From a virus (taxonomy: Duplodnaviria; Caudoviricetes): a stretch of DNA of 64,000 nucleotides. Below are positions 48,001-56,621 of this stretch, one piece after another. The stretch lies in IMG/VR virus record IMGVR_UViG_3300037507_000754, positions 1,367 to 65,366 of that record; one strand, written 5' to 3'. The notes under the pieces were generated by a model. That model did not search any database and was not told the origin of the DNA. It saw only the letters and a program-made list of their open reading frames with translations. The stretch's first letter is position 1. Every line of letters begins with the position of its first letter. The position numbers and the translations under genes were made by a program.

Positions 48001-48325
48001 GATCTACAACCTCGACAGGTCTGTCGAGCAGGTCTACAACTCGTACAGGCGCAAGCTGGAGAACAACCCTGACGACGCAGAGAAGTTCCTCAAGGACAAC
48101 TTCGGCTTGTACGTGGTGCGTAGTGAGGTGCGTAGCACGATGGAGGCAATCCGCGCTTTGAACGCTCAGGCCCGGGCCATCGACAAGATGACGGACCTGT
48201 CACCTGAAGAACGGCGCGTGATCATCAACGACCTACGTGCTCAACAGAACGATCTGGCTCGGGATGTGTACCGACTGCGTCGTCAGGTGACCGAGGAGCA
48301 GCGGACGATGGACGCGTCGAGATAA
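42023..48325 (+). CDS. large polyvalent / ejection protein (2100 aa) with a zincin HExxH region and an LPD38-like C-terminus
   Basis: IFHEVFHKG...VEEALAE; INFSRRG...IPFFNA...YQNLPDYVRDRNWVIP...ENLANYSFFLGRP. Confidence 0.7.
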   Translation: MTTYRISAPNGKTYEIEGPPGATQEQVIQAVLAQSPEAGQVPETSFFGQVGEAFKGVIPGAVGLVEQAAIGASALLPEEYEKPTRETIAQVAGAAKAPFAPAPGYGDTVGRKFGEAFGSFLPMLPLGALGLAGRTAAVGLGVGAGAGEARTRAETEGATEEQRSTATALGTLPGALEVFAPFRILKRVPEGEVLTAVDRIKRIAIASGEEAAQEAASGLAQNMIARGVYKPEQELIEGLGEQAAYGGAVGGLAQGLFDLALGRRARGTGEPVPPEGQTEIDVVKAKREAERQAAEAARQMPPLPETYAELVRYSEEVKRLPKSKERNEALKAASEKRKAIVVAEVNANRLSTERAKQFLTAEEVEQAEIVRREEFVPPAVETPAAAPAAAPPVEEPKVRKVGAPAPLPDVLDSATIKTIGFTKGKIHDALVGKSVTDPEIRTVLEGYKNRSNASAKTAAKIDAFLARLPEPAVPTAPAVEPAAPPVAAEPAPAVPTPAPAVPTPAPAVPEPETPSAVEPVEQPSGAGAPVAGGPAAVTPTEGAGAPEPSGVVPPVEDAGQPAGGEAGEPPSVAPSAIAETMAPAPATYVAPVSQGAAARAKRGVRRETPALNTEDDIDRALATGLIDEETADRARAELTEPEAPATAMGQAFQKQIDEIRAKMDALRLKGERIPAPKSKARKEFDALQEQLNALLPKETGSLEEKLEKAGATGVFVAGGAGPVLDIPSVRAALKDRSPKMLRAVLTYIGVDTDGTYLPTTYSAGEAAELVGLKKSSGSEVRRVAETLGITSDVISRFQASQTGRVGIAKDVSEASLSGISVENPKAGVLYEAPKKPAKTEEEYDALVAKEEETRKDSKSGKYEEGTKEFGKARKAHADAEKALKAAQPKAQDFLRPALTKLGQIDFTKLNTRQLAEIYARASFYPAKDNVEVMKALGAEIETRRKADRKGTDAAVNRAYGKVVEEQEAKAEEGVETTEEVDEDTETEGRTRRLSDEDAGDDAVYRTIPQTPLVQGAISDAQLRKIVADIERALGGEADITILDDITDLDNKQAPGSRAGALQGGKIYLFRSGIADGVEGQKTIFHEVFHKGLANLLPPAEYRALMTKFYNQSTAVRQAADAYLASETGKKDTEGMSPEEGRVLAVEEALAEMAEATKLTGSTLRQLGNFFARVADRIGMPGLARAIRTMGLDPLQAFIRDAIQAGIKPSTATGQTRYRSLVGEKEERTLGDKLDAKFGGNKAIGFRAQAMDLLAGVDYIFTKAYGNRIRDNRGDYNPVFLMSRALDAPRFASEVKEYGTMRRDPTGLLSVETLNYNGEDISYKQVLKDIAAEAKTRGIAPETFKNQVGESLASHREYELMNSPQAAGLDFFLTPQEAATAEQAFQSDAFIKGVSEKLDQIRFAMIDAMVEAGRITPAKAQVWKDAIGYVPFSRIDDFDNLALPQGGGSNAKLAAFKEIAKYKGSQDRQTQNPVENFSKLMDWMVNESMKADALGSALPEMELLGYAQFVPNPDAVDNNKKGALTPPVYVRGQKKVFYVPDPANLAAFIGAPTTDVPAFIRGAQKFSQFLRIGVTATPPFAIKQVFDDITRAYGHSGVKNPTAMLPRILLNFPRNWWNEIKGTQSAGVRDLAKSGVVPAYDTIIGGNVKNILEETGLAPRSVGKAILRIMEAGAKASDVAVREAIYNQTLKETGDRALAELRAREIINFSRRGVSKTADYLIRTIPFFNAYARSMDKLLLAAAGNPSAQRSIGATTGYARNLFYKRMGVLTAMGFGYALMMSDDEEYQNLPDYVRDRNWVIPGGKELGFVPAVPLPAELSFFFKAIPERVVQYFKLQGTPEERDAMRVLKELMLNGVDIFSAPNITPQVLKPILENLANYSFFLGRPLESQAQLALDPSERYGTGTSEAMKAASRTLTDIATSTGVEALKVSPIMLENLVRGMFGMSAGIALSVADVMVNPTRTDRPLHQTIAAQLTGASAVMKDPVGMRYLDEIYNLDRSVEQVYNSYRRKLENNPDDAEKFLKDNFGLYVVRSEVRSTMEAIRALNAQARAIDKMTDLSPEERRVIINDLRAQQNDLARDVYRLRRQVTEEQRTMDASR
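43490..43549 (+). repeat. 21-bp tandem repeat, about 3 copies (PAPAVPT)
   Basis: ccggcacctgcggtgcccacc repeated. Confidence 0.9.
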
Positions 48326-48359
48326 AAAAGTGCCCCGAGGAGCAAGCTCAACCCGGGGC
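48325..48359. terminator. hairpin at the convergence of the late and replication operons
   Basis: aaaaagt gccccg...cggggc between convergent stops. Confidence 0.55.
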
Positions 48360-48407
48360 TAACTAGGAGACGCACAGTCAAACGGTGTGAGCCATTGACG
48401 GGCGGGA

Positions 48408-48653
48408 CTATAGCACCCTCCAGACCCTGATGCCAAGGTGGTCAGCCTCGATGCGCGTTTCGTGCACCACCTGAATGCCCCGCGCCGCGTAACGTGCTTT
48501 GACTTTGGTGACCAGTTCGTCGCTCTTGAGTGTGGGCAGGAAGAAGCTCTGCCCGATCTCCAGCCACTCAGGGAGCTGGTACTCAGCCTCACGGTGCACT
48601 AGCCTGCCGTCAACCAGACGTAGCTGCTTGGTTCGCTGAGACATCGAGGTCAA
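48408..48653 (-). CDS. small putative DNA-binding protein, paralogue of 63008..63295
   Basis: LEIGQSFFLP...GIRVWR. Confidence 0.55.
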   Translation of the reverse strand: MTSMSQRTKQLRLVDGRLVHREAEYQLPEWLEIGQSFFLPTLKSDELVTKVKARYAARGIQVVHETRIEADHLGIRVWRVL

Positions 48654-51423
48654 GGTTCAAAGCCTTCTTGGCCTGCGGGAACTCGATCGCGTCTACCGGG
48701 CCGAAGTCACTGCGCCAACCTGCACCCATCCGCTTCTTCGTCAGAGTCATGGTGCCACCCGTCTCACGGGTATAGGAGGAGTACAGCTCCTTCACGTTGA
48801 TGTAGGCCTGTGCACACCACTTGGTGAACTCCTTCTTGGTAATCCACAGCGTGTCAGTATCAGGTTCATACCGTACCAACAACTCACCCATAGGCTCCAG
48901 TGCGGGCCTGTCATTGATGCCCACCGCCGCAGGCTTCCTGTTCACAATCAGCACGTTGCGGATGTTCTTGTTGATATAAGACGCAACGGTGGACACCGCC
49001 GTAGTCGCAGACACACTCTGTTCTACCGTCGCCCGCTTGATCAGCGCAAGGAGCTTATCCAAGATCCTCTTGATGTTGTAGCTGGTCAGCCCGATCTGGT
49101 TTGTGATGGCACCAGCAGCGATGATGCAGATCACGTTGTTGAGTTTGAACCGCTCAGTCTGAGTCCAGTCCCCCATTTTGTAAATATTGTCCCGTGTGTT
49201 CTCCCATATCCTCTTAGCCTCGTCTAGGTTAGGGATGACAAAACGCATGAACACGTCACCCGCATGGCCGTAGTTCATCAACAAATTGTCAAACAGCTTC
49301 TTCGTCTCCAGCACATCAGAGGGTACGGGTGTCATGAGGTGGATCTCAAGGATACGGGCCAGCTCCCCAGCCGGATCGCTCTTGATCATCATCAGCCGGT
49401 CTTCAATCGTAGAGTTGCTAGACCAGATAGATATCTGCTTCCAACGGACGTTATTGACTCGCTCCATGTTGCGCCCCGCTTCCATACGGTCGCGCCCACG
49501 CCCCTGTGTGTTGTTGTAGACCAGCTCCGACATCTCAGTCGGCTCAGCGTTAGTCATCTCGTCAAGAGCGCCAACGATCCCGTTCATCACCCCCAGCCGG
49601 TGCACCTTGGTTAGGGTCTTGTCCTGCGCATCCTTCATCAGAGCCACAGGATCTCCCCATATCGCATTAGCCATGCGCAGAATGGTCGTCTTGCCGGTGC
49701 CTGACTTCTTCGAGTAGAAGTTGATGATCCCGCCGTTCTCCGGTGATAGGTGCATCAGCGCACTACCAAACCCGGCGAGCACCCCCGCCGCATGGAAGTC
49801 CATCTCCGGCGTGTCGTAGTGCGCAGCGGCCTGCTTCCACACGTCGATCGAACCCTTGGGACTCAGCCACGGCACATAGTGCTCGATGGGCTTGGCGATC
49901 GGTGTATAGATGACGCCGCGCTTGGTGTACTCACGGTTCCCAATAATGAATGTGTCATCTGGGGTCCAGCCAAATCGGGTTCTCATGTTGTCTGCTTTCT
50001 CCCGGAACTGCAAGTCGCGGATCATCAGACCGAACATCTGTTGTAGAGACATCAACTGACGGGGGTCAAAAGCAATGACACCTTCGCGGTTCACCGCTTC
50101 TTTGAACTTGTCCGCCGCTGCTATCTCACTCTGGAGGATGCTGAACTCTCGCACGTCACCATGAGGGAGGTGGTGCCTAGCCCACAGCGTATCGCCACCA
50201 CCAGTACCATCACGCATCCGCTTGTAGATATAGATGTCGTGGTCGTATATCTTGACGCGTTCTACTCCATCTGATTTTGTGATGTCGTGATAGATACCGC
50301 CCGTAGCACCCCGAGAGAATGGCCGTGGGTATGGCGGAATTTCGATGGTCTCACTCTCGACTTTGACCTGTATGGGCTCAGGCGGTGCCAGCTTGATCTC
50401 GGAGCCAAGCTGAATCGGTGACTTGATCTTGCCAATGTGTGGGCACCCAATGCACAGCTTGGCGTTGTCCAGTCCTTGAAAGGACTCGCATGTGTACGGA
50501 CCCTTGGTCAGTGCTGCCTTGCGCTCGGTTTCGTCCGGGCTGTAGTTCGGGTGGTTCTTGGATACCTCATGTATGGCCCAGTCCCGATCCTCACAGTGCT
50601 GAGCGATCGACAACACGGCACGCCACACGGGCTCGGGCACGGCCTCTTGGTTCTTCGCTGCCTCAGCGATCTGCGCACAGCCCTCGCCGTTGTTGGACTT
50701 GATCCAGATCGTCTCGAACTTGCTGACCCGGTTCGGGTCGATGTACAACTTCTTGGTCTCGTCAGAGACCCCGCCCGACAGTGCCCGGGCCTTGGCGAAC
50801 ATGTCAGCAGCGGCCACACCCACTGCGTCACGGATGGACTCGAAGGTGTGGTACTTGATCGGTGTGAGCAGAACGACCGGCGTGTCGTTCTTCCTGTTCA
50901 GAGTGCCGGGGACACGCAGTACCCGGACGATGTCGGCGGTGCAGTCACCGTCGACTTCAAACTCTTCTTTGACGCAGCGGGCCTTCAGGGCTTCGGCTGT
51001 CGCCTTCCACTCATGTACAGGTATAGGGTTGTCGAGATACCAGTGTGCGTGCAGGCCATTGCCTGAATCAATCAGCGTAGGCTTCGGCAGACCTACTGTC
51101 TTGCAAAATTCACGGAGTGCTGACAGGCCAGCGGCCTTGTCGGTATAGGGCTTTTTCGGCCCACAATCCACGTCGACGTAAAACTCCCTCTTGGCGACTG
51201 CGTTTGTAGCCTTCGAGTGCTCTTCCGCACCGAACCCAGCGGTTGCGTAGTACACGTCCCATCCGTTACCGTTGAACTCTTCAACGGCTTCTGCCATGTT
51301 GGCAAAGGAGGTGTAACGACGGTCCCAAACGAGGGTGTCTTTCAGCGGAATCTTTTTGACTAGCCTGAGGGAGTATCGCGTGCCATGTGGGAGGACGTTC
51401 TCAAGGAACTCTTTTGGAGACAT
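48610..51423 (-). CDS. primase-helicase (AEP/RepB-like primase plus DUF927 P-loop domain)
   Basis: YVDVD...SGNGLHAHW...RVLRVPGTLN; Cys cluster; FGW; Walker A KSGTGKTT; ALDEMT. Confidence 0.88.
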   Translation of the reverse strand: MSPKEFLENVLPHGTRYSLRLVKKIPLKDTLVWDRRYTSFANMAEAVEEFNGNGWDVYYATAGFGAEEHSKATNAVAKREFYVDVDCGPKKPYTDKAAGLSALREFCKTVGLPKPTLIDSGNGLHAHWYLDNPIPVHEWKATAEALKARCVKEEFEVDGDCTADIVRVLRVPGTLNRKNDTPVVLLTPIKYHTFESIRDAVGVAAADMFAKARALSGGVSDETKKLYIDPNRVSKFETIWIKSNNGEGCAQIAEAAKNQEAVPEPVWRAVLSIAQHCEDRDWAIHEVSKNHPNYSPDETERKAALTKGPYTCESFQGLDNAKLCIGCPHIGKIKSPIQLGSEIKLAPPEPIQVKVESETIEIPPYPRPFSRGATGGIYHDITKSDGVERVKIYDHDIYIYKRMRDGTGGGDTLWARHHLPHGDVREFSILQSEIAAADKFKEAVNREGVIAFDPRQLMSLQQMFGLMIRDLQFREKADNMRTRFGWTPDDTFIIGNREYTKRGVIYTPIAKPIEHYVPWLSPKGSIDVWKQAAAHYDTPEMDFHAAGVLAGFGSALMHLSPENGGIINFYSKKSGTGKTTILRMANAIWGDPVALMKDAQDKTLTKVHRLGVMNGIVGALDEMTNAEPTEMSELVYNNTQGRGRDRMEAGRNMERVNNVRWKQISIWSSNSTIEDRLMMIKSDPAGELARILEIHLMTPVPSDVLETKKLFDNLLMNYGHAGDVFMRFVIPNLDEAKRIWENTRDNIYKMGDWTQTERFKLNNVICIIAAGAITNQIGLTSYNIKRILDKLLALIKRATVEQSVSATTAVSTVASYINKNIRNVLIVNRKPAAVGINDRPALEPMGELLVRYEPDTDTLWITKKEFTKWCAQAYINVKELYSSYTRETGGTMTLTKKRMGAGWRSDFGPVDAIEFPQAKKALNLDLDVSANQAATSG

Positions 51424-51482
51424 GGTGACACGGAGTTAGCCACAAACGCGGCGAGCGTTGCGGACGGTGCATGGGTGCCCGG

Positions 51483-51713
51483 TCAGGGCAAGGCGAGGAT
51501 CGAACGGTAATACGCCAAGACCTTGGAGCGCAAGTGCTTGGAAACATCCCGTTGACCCGAGAACCATGAGTAGACCGCAGCCTTGGTCACGCCAAGGTCT
51601 GCGACCACTTGGTTCACCGAGACGTGCCTGTAGATGCACAGGCGACCAAGCTGCACACCGAGCAGGCCCGGGTCAGCGTCGGCGTTGCGCCGGATGATCT
51701 TTGTGGTGTACAT
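51483..51713 (-). CDS. HTH transcriptional regulator
   Basis: VNQVVADLGVTKAAVYSWFSG. Confidence 0.75.
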   Translation of the reverse strand: MYTTKIIRRNADADPGLLGVQLGRLCIYRHVSVNQVVADLGVTKAAVYSWFSGQRDVSKHLRSKVLAYYRSILALP

Positions 51714-51813
51714 GGTGTGTGGTGGGGGCGGCCCCGGCGCAACCCGGGGCTATCGCAGTGGGAGACACTCAGCAAAGGACACTGCTCACGGCGCTTACCG
51801 CCGCCCCCGTAAA

Positions 51814-52788
51814 TCAGTCGTCAGCGTCGTCGCCCCATGCGGCGAGGATTGCGTTGACGTTCGGGCCGTCCGCCACCACAGGCGCAGAGGCCTTGGCTTC
51901 GCGCACCACAGGCGCTTCCTCGGCGGGTGCTGGCACGTCCTTGGTGACCTTGAACGTAGCGGGCTTGGCCGCAGGCGCAGGGGTGAACGCTTTGGCCGCA
52001 GGAGCGGGCGCAGCCACAGGGGCTGGCGCAGGCGCAGGCGCAGGGGCGGGCTCAGGTGCCGCAGGCACGTTGTCCATGTCAGCGATGCTCACGGTCACCG
52101 CGTTGACCGCCTCAGGATCGTTCTGACGATCCACCGCGATCCGGTACTCCTCTTCAGTCAGCGGACGCACCGCGCTGAACACCAGCTTCATGTTCGCCGT
52201 AGCATCGAAGCGCATCTCGGTCACGACAGCGTTGATCTCGACCCCGTGTCCGCCAAGGAACCGAGCGTACTGCTGAAGGCCCATCTTGCGCCCTTCGCCT
52301 TGACCGAAGAGGCTCGACGCGTTGATGTTCAGCGCGTAGATGTCACCCTGCATGTCGTTTTCCAGAAGCAGCGCCATGGGGCGACTGTACCGGCACGCCT
52401 TCGACTCGTTGGTCCCGGAGCCCTTGATGTCTTGTGGGCACCCTGCACAGGTGCGATTCTGCGGGGTCTTCACCGAGGTGTGCGGCTTGGCACCATCTTC
52501 GGACCAGCACTGCGGACGGCCCTTGACACCCTTCTCGTAGGTGGTGCCGTAGAACGTGCGGCGATTCGCATCTGCACTGCGGATGACGATGACGTTCATC
52601 GCCCGGTCTTCGTTGACGGCGACTTCCTTGCCGCCGACAAGCATGTGCCAGACGTTGTTCTCGATGCTGATGCGCTTCGAGTTGCCGCCGCCCATGAGCG
52701 ACTTGGTCAGCGGGCTGAGATCCGCAGTGCTGCGGCGCAGATGTGCCGGCAGTTGGTTGCCGGTTTGGAAGAGAGTGAGTTCAGACAT
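51814..52788 (-). CDS. putative ssDNA-binding / annealing protein
   Basis: CWSEDG..P...CAGCP...GKACR-like core, Pro/Ala linker, acidic tail WGDDADD. Confidence 0.6.
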   Translation of the reverse strand: MSELTLFQTGNQLPAHLRRSTADLSPLTKSLMGGGNSKRISIENNVWHMLVGGKEVAVNEDRAMNVIVIRSADANRRTFYGTTYEKGVKGRPQCWSEDGAKPHTSVKTPQNRTCAGCPQDIKGSGTNESKACRYSRPMALLLENDMQGDIYALNINASSLFGQGEGRKMGLQQYARFLGGHGVEINAVVTEMRFDATANMKLVFSAVRPLTEEEYRIAVDRQNDPEAVNAVTVSIADMDNVPAAPEPAPAPAPAPAPVAAPAPAAKAFTPAPAAKPATFKVTKDVPAPAEEAPVVREAKASAPVVADGPNVNAILAAWGDDADD

Positions 52789-52796
52789 AGTTAACC

Positions 52797-53021
52797 TCAA
52801 AAGGTTTCGGGGCGGGCTACAGCCCGGGTAAGCGCCATCAGACCAGTTTGCAGGTCAGTTGCACCGATAGACACCCAACGCTGGTTTAGGTCAGGCATCT
52901 GTTTCAAAGTAGCAACAAGATCTCCTAGTTGCTTTCCTTGTTCCTTGATCTCATTCATCAGGCTAATCTCGTCCTGTGTCAGGTCTCGGTAGCCTTTGAT
53001 AAGGCGGTGTTGGTTTTCCAT
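52797..53021 (-). CDS. acb2: Acb2-family anti-CBASS cyclic-nucleotide sponge
   Basis: MENQHRLIKGYRDLTQDEI..MNEIK...RWVSIGATDLQTGLMALTRAVARPETF closely follows the Acb2 signature (NQHxxIKGYRDL; RWxxIxxTDxQTGxMAxxRAxAxP). Confidence 0.88.
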   Translation of the reverse strand: MENQHRLIKGYRDLTQDEISLMNEIKEQGKQLGDLVATLKQMPDLNQRWVSIGATDLQTGLMALTRAVARPETF

Positions 53022-53431
53022 TACGACCTCCTTACGGTCACGGTGTACTTCGACTCAGTGTTGAGTCCCTTGGGCATCTTATCAGGGTTCGCTTCGAGCC
53101 AATCTTTCATGGCCCGTTGAGCAATGCGTCTTTCTAGTAGATCAAGCGATTGGTTCTCCTTGATGAAGTTGTGCATAGACTCCCAGTCGGAAGTCCAGTA
53201 CGACGTCTTGACACCGCGAATCACGGTGCCTGCTCCGGTGCGGATGCTATCTGCACCCGCTTTCTTGCACACGTCCATGAGGGCGTGTTCAATCAGTTCC
53301 ATCTGATCCTTGATGACTTTGTCGTCATCCTCGTACTTCTTGGCGAGCGCTGCACGCGCATCGCGCATCTTGATGTACGTCTTGACGAGCTTCTCAGTGG
53401 GCACCTGAGGTGCCTCGATGTCCTGTTCCAT
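53021..53431 (-). CDS. conserved phage replication-module protein
   Basis: ATG at 53431 with GGAGG; YIKMRD...DWESMHNFI...LLERRI. Confidence 0.7.
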   Translation of the reverse strand: MEQDIEAPQVPTEKLVKTYIKMRDARAALAKKYEDDDKVIKDQMELIEHALMDVCKKAGADSIRTGAGTVIRGVKTSYWTSDWESMHNFIKENQSLDLLERRIAQRAMKDWLEANPDKMPKGLNTESKYTVTVRRS

Positions 53432-53459
53432 GCGGCCTCCTGTGGCTGGGATCGAAAGT

Positions 53460-55022
53460 CTACGGTTGAACTTTGACTGTGTCAAGCACCTCCTCGCGAT
53501 ATAAGTTGAGCAGGGACTCCATGTCCTCGGTCTTGCCGTCGAGCGAGTCGTACAGCTTGCGCTCCACGCCGCTGCCGCACAGCCTGACCACGAGACAGGG
53601 GTTCTTCTGGCCCGCACGGTGCACGCGGGCGTTGGCCTGATGGTAGATCTCGTTTGACGTCACAGGGCCCCACCACACCACCGTGTTGGCAGCGTGCAGG
53701 GTCACGCCGTGCGAAGCCGCCGCAGGCTGGATGAGCAGCACCCTCGGCTCAGGCTCGGTCTGGAACGCGGCGAAAATCCTCGTGCGCTGCGCCACCGGCA
53801 CACTGCCGTCGATGACCTCGACAGCGATCTTGTCCTTCTTGAGCCGTTCGTTCAACACCGTGATGGCATGCCGGTACGGGACGAAGACCAGCACCTTGTG
53901 GGTGCTCTCCTCGATGGCTTCCAGCAAAACGTTGTATCGGTTAGTGATGTCAAACTCGACGGTGTTGCCGTCGTCGGAGTACACCGCACCGGAGGATACT
54001 TGCAGGAGCTTGTTGAGATTGGTAGCCGCATTGACCGACGTCACCGTCTCGGTGCCCGCTGACATGATGAACTGATCCTTCAATAACCGGTAGTACTTGA
54101 GTTGTTGCGGCGTGAGTTCTACCTCCCGTGTGGTGTATAGAAGCTCTGGTAGATCAAGGCACTCTTCCTTGGTGAAGCGGATGGCGGGTTGGAGTACCCG
54201 GTTGACAATTTCGGCGGCGTTGTTCTTCTGCTTCCATTTGAACTGCGTGACCTTCCACATCACCATGTCGCGGAAAGTGTAGAAGTACCTCGGCACCGAG
54301 TCCGGGTTCAGCATCTTGGCAAGGCCGTAGGCGTCGGTCGGTGCTTGGGACGCAGGGGTGCCAGTTGCCATCCATAGCCATGTGTCGGAAGTGATCAGTT
54401 CGTTGAGCGCCTTCCATCGGTTGGTCGTCGCGGTCTTCACAGCGTTCGCCTCGTCGATGATGACAAGGTCGAAGCCACCGGCCTTCAGCTCCTCCAGCAC
54501 CGTCTGCACGCCGTCGAAGTTGATGATGACGAACTCGGCATCGGACTGAATGATCTTGGCCCGCTTGCGCCGGTCGCCGTAGGCCACGTCAACGCGTCGG
54601 TGCATGACCACCTTGAACAGATCCGCCTGCCATGCTGAGGACATGATTGACAGAGGGCAGATGACGAGGGCTCTCTTGATGTAGCCTTTGTTCATCAGGT
54701 AGTCCGCAGCCCATGCGAAAGCGGCTGTCTTACCAGTGCCCGGGTCGTTGAAGCAGAAGGCTCGCTTGTGGAGCGTCATGAACGATGCTGTCGTCCGCTG
54801 GTGGTCGAAGGGTTTGTAAAGCCCCGGCCATTTGTAGCGCCCTTCGATGGGGGACGGCACCCCTTTGATGCCGATGTTCTTCAGCACCCGCGCCTCATCC
54901 AGCCCCCAGTGGACAAGCACATGACCATCGTCGAGCAACTTGCTTTTCGGGATGGTGTTCAGCACCCGCTGTGGATTGCGGAGCTTCAACAATAGGGCTT
55001 TGTCGTCAACGATCTGCATCAT
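53460..55022 (-). CDS. SNF2-family helicase
   Basis: DPGTGKT, IIDEA, TGTP, HGVTL, QANARVHRAGQ. Confidence 0.9.
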   Translation of the reverse strand: MMQIVDDKALLLKLRNPQRVLNTIPKSKLLDDGHVLVHWGLDEARVLKNIGIKGVPSPIEGRYKWPGLYKPFDHQRTTASFMTLHKRAFCFNDPGTGKTAAFAWAADYLMNKGYIKRALVICPLSIMSSAWQADLFKVVMHRRVDVAYGDRRKRAKIIQSDAEFVIINFDGVQTVLEELKAGGFDLVIIDEANAVKTATTNRWKALNELITSDTWLWMATGTPASQAPTDAYGLAKMLNPDSVPRYFYTFRDMVMWKVTQFKWKQKNNAAEIVNRVLQPAIRFTKEECLDLPELLYTTREVELTPQQLKYYRLLKDQFIMSAGTETVTSVNAATNLNKLLQVSSGAVYSDDGNTVEFDITNRYNVLLEAIEESTHKVLVFVPYRHAITVLNERLKKDKIAVEVIDGSVPVAQRTRIFAAFQTEPEPRVLLIQPAAASHGVTLHAANTVVWWGPVTSNEIYHQANARVHRAGQKNPCLVVRLCGSGVERKLYDSLDGKTEDMESLLNLYREEVLDTVKVQP

Positions 55023-55552
55023 TACTCCAGAGCGAACTTACTCTTCTTCGCCATGTGAATCAGTCGCATCGCCTGAGTCTTGGCATCATCAAGCGCGACG
55101 TGTCCGGTGCCTACACGCTCGATGCGATCTTTGAGGAACAAAGTGGACATAGTCCGATAGCACCTGTCATTCCAGAAATGCCAAGGGGTATCGTGCTTGA
55201 TAGCCCGGTACGCAGCGGCCAGCAGTGCGTTGTCGAAGTTGGCACCGTTGCCCCACACTACGGCGTCCTCCAGCGGGGGCATCCACACCGCGAGCTTGAT
55301 CAAGGCGACCTCAAGCGAGGTGCCACCTTTGAACGCAGCCTCTCTCGCCGCATCAGACTGCTTACTCCACCACTCAAGGGTGCTCTTCTGTGCCCGCAGG
55401 CCCGCTGCCTTGCACGACTCTGCGTCAATCGTGACGTAGAACTCGCCCTTGATCTCTTCTTCGACGCTGAACTTCACAGCGCCAATAGACAGGATGATGT
55501 CCCCCGGGCGTGTACCAAGGGTCTCGATATCTACCATGACATGTTGTTTCAC
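55022..55552 (-). CDS. DEDDh 3'-5' exonuclease (Rv2179c/DUF5051-like)
   Basis: VMVDIETLG...WGNGANFD...H.ALDDA..QA. Confidence 0.85.
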   Translation of the reverse strand: MKQHVMVDIETLGTRPGDIILSIGAVKFSVEEEIKGEFYVTIDAESCKAAGLRAQKSTLEWWSKQSDAAREAAFKGGTSLEVALIKLAVWMPPLEDAVVWGNGANFDNALLAAAYRAIKHDTPWHFWNDRCYRTMSTLFLKDRIERVGTGHVALDDAKTQAMRLIHMAKKSKFALE

Positions 55553-55669
55553 TTGCGCTCCTAGACAAACGGAAACCGCTTGAGGGACAAAGTCCGTCAA
55601 GCTCAGAGCCCCGAAGGGCGGACAAGCCTAGCACCTTGCGATGCTAGGCGGTATAGGGAGAACCCGGGG

Positions 55670-55936
55670 TCAGCCCCCGGACTTCGGTCCCTTGAAATTG
55701 CGTGCGCTGTTTGCGCTGAAGCCTTTCAGCTTCACGTTCCCCGGCTTGCTCTTGCCACCGTCCTTGATGGGGGTAACGTGGTCGAGAGCTTTACCTTTCC
55801 GTGACGCCTTGCCGTTCTCTTTGTCCCAAGCACGTCGCGCCCGCTGACGTTCGGACTGCTTGGCACGTCCACCATCCGCCAAGAAGTCGGCGTATTCCTT
55901 CTTATGGTCGCGGTCAGCCTTGTTCTTGTAAGGCAT
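55670..55936 (-). CDS. small HNH-like protein
   Basis: ALDHVTPIKDGG...NVK...N. Confidence 0.65.
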   Translation of the reverse strand: MPYKNKADRDHKKEYADFLADGGRAKQSERQRARRAWDKENGKASRKGKALDHVTPIKDGGKSKPGNVKLKGFSANSARNFKGPKSGG

Positions 55937-55937
55937 T

Positions 55938-56621
55938 TCAACCTCCATTTAGCCCGTTGTGCGGGCAAGACATCACCACACAGTGTCTCTTACAGAGTCC
56001 CGAAGGATTGGGGTTCCACACGCCTGTACGGTGTGCATTCTCAAGACGCTTGACGTCAGCCATCCACTGCTGCCAGTAGATCTTCTCTTGCTCAGAGGCA
56101 TACACCGCTGGCTTGAACGAGTTCGCCACGACGAACAGCAGCCCTGCTTTGACCTTCTTGATCTCCGGGAAGTGCTTGAAGACCATCAAGGCCATGAGTT
56201 CGAGCTGCGCAGTGTCGGCATACTTGGCCGACTTGCCGGTCTTGTAGTCGATGACCCGTGCAACACCGGTCTCATGGTTGACGATGAGCAAGTCAGCGAT
56301 GCCCCGGCACCAGACGTTCGGATCTTTGAACCCGCAGGGCTCGAAGTCCTTCGTCAGCCCCATCTCGTACTCGCAGAACTTCTCTCCGGGCAGCGCACGG
56401 AGCGTGTCAAGCTGGCCCTTGACGTAGTTGAACGCCCCGGGCAGATCCACTCCGTCGCGGATGTACCGCTCCGCTGCCTCGTGAAAGTTCGACCCGTACA
56501 GCGTGGCCTCGGTGTACTCAGGCTCCTTGTAGTTCTTCGCGACCTTGATCTCAAAAAACTTTTTTGGACAAGTCTTGAACGACTTGAGGGACGAGAACGA
56601 CCAAGGTCCGGGCAAGCTCAT
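55938..56621 (-). CDS. PD-(D/E)XK Cas4/RecB-like exonuclease
   Basis: SFSSL..F..CP; GIADL; VIDYKTGK; QL; C-terminal C..C...CP. Confidence 0.88.
   Translation of the reverse strand: MSLPGPWSFSSLKSFKTCPKKFFEIKVAKNYKEPEYTEATLYGSNFHEAAERYIRDGVDLPGAFNYVKGQLDTLRALPGEKFCEYEMGLTKDFEPCGFKDPNVWCRGIADLLIVNHETGVARVIDYKTGKSAKYADTAQLELMALMVFKHFPEIKKVKAGLLFVVANSFKPAVYASEQEKIYWQQWMADVKRLENAHRTGVWNPNPSGLCKRHCVVMSCPHNGLNGG

Noticed and set aside
55938-56621. cas4 as part of a CRISPR system
   Set aside because: It sits between the polymerase and helicase as a typical stand-alone phage exonuclease; no cas1/cas2 or array.
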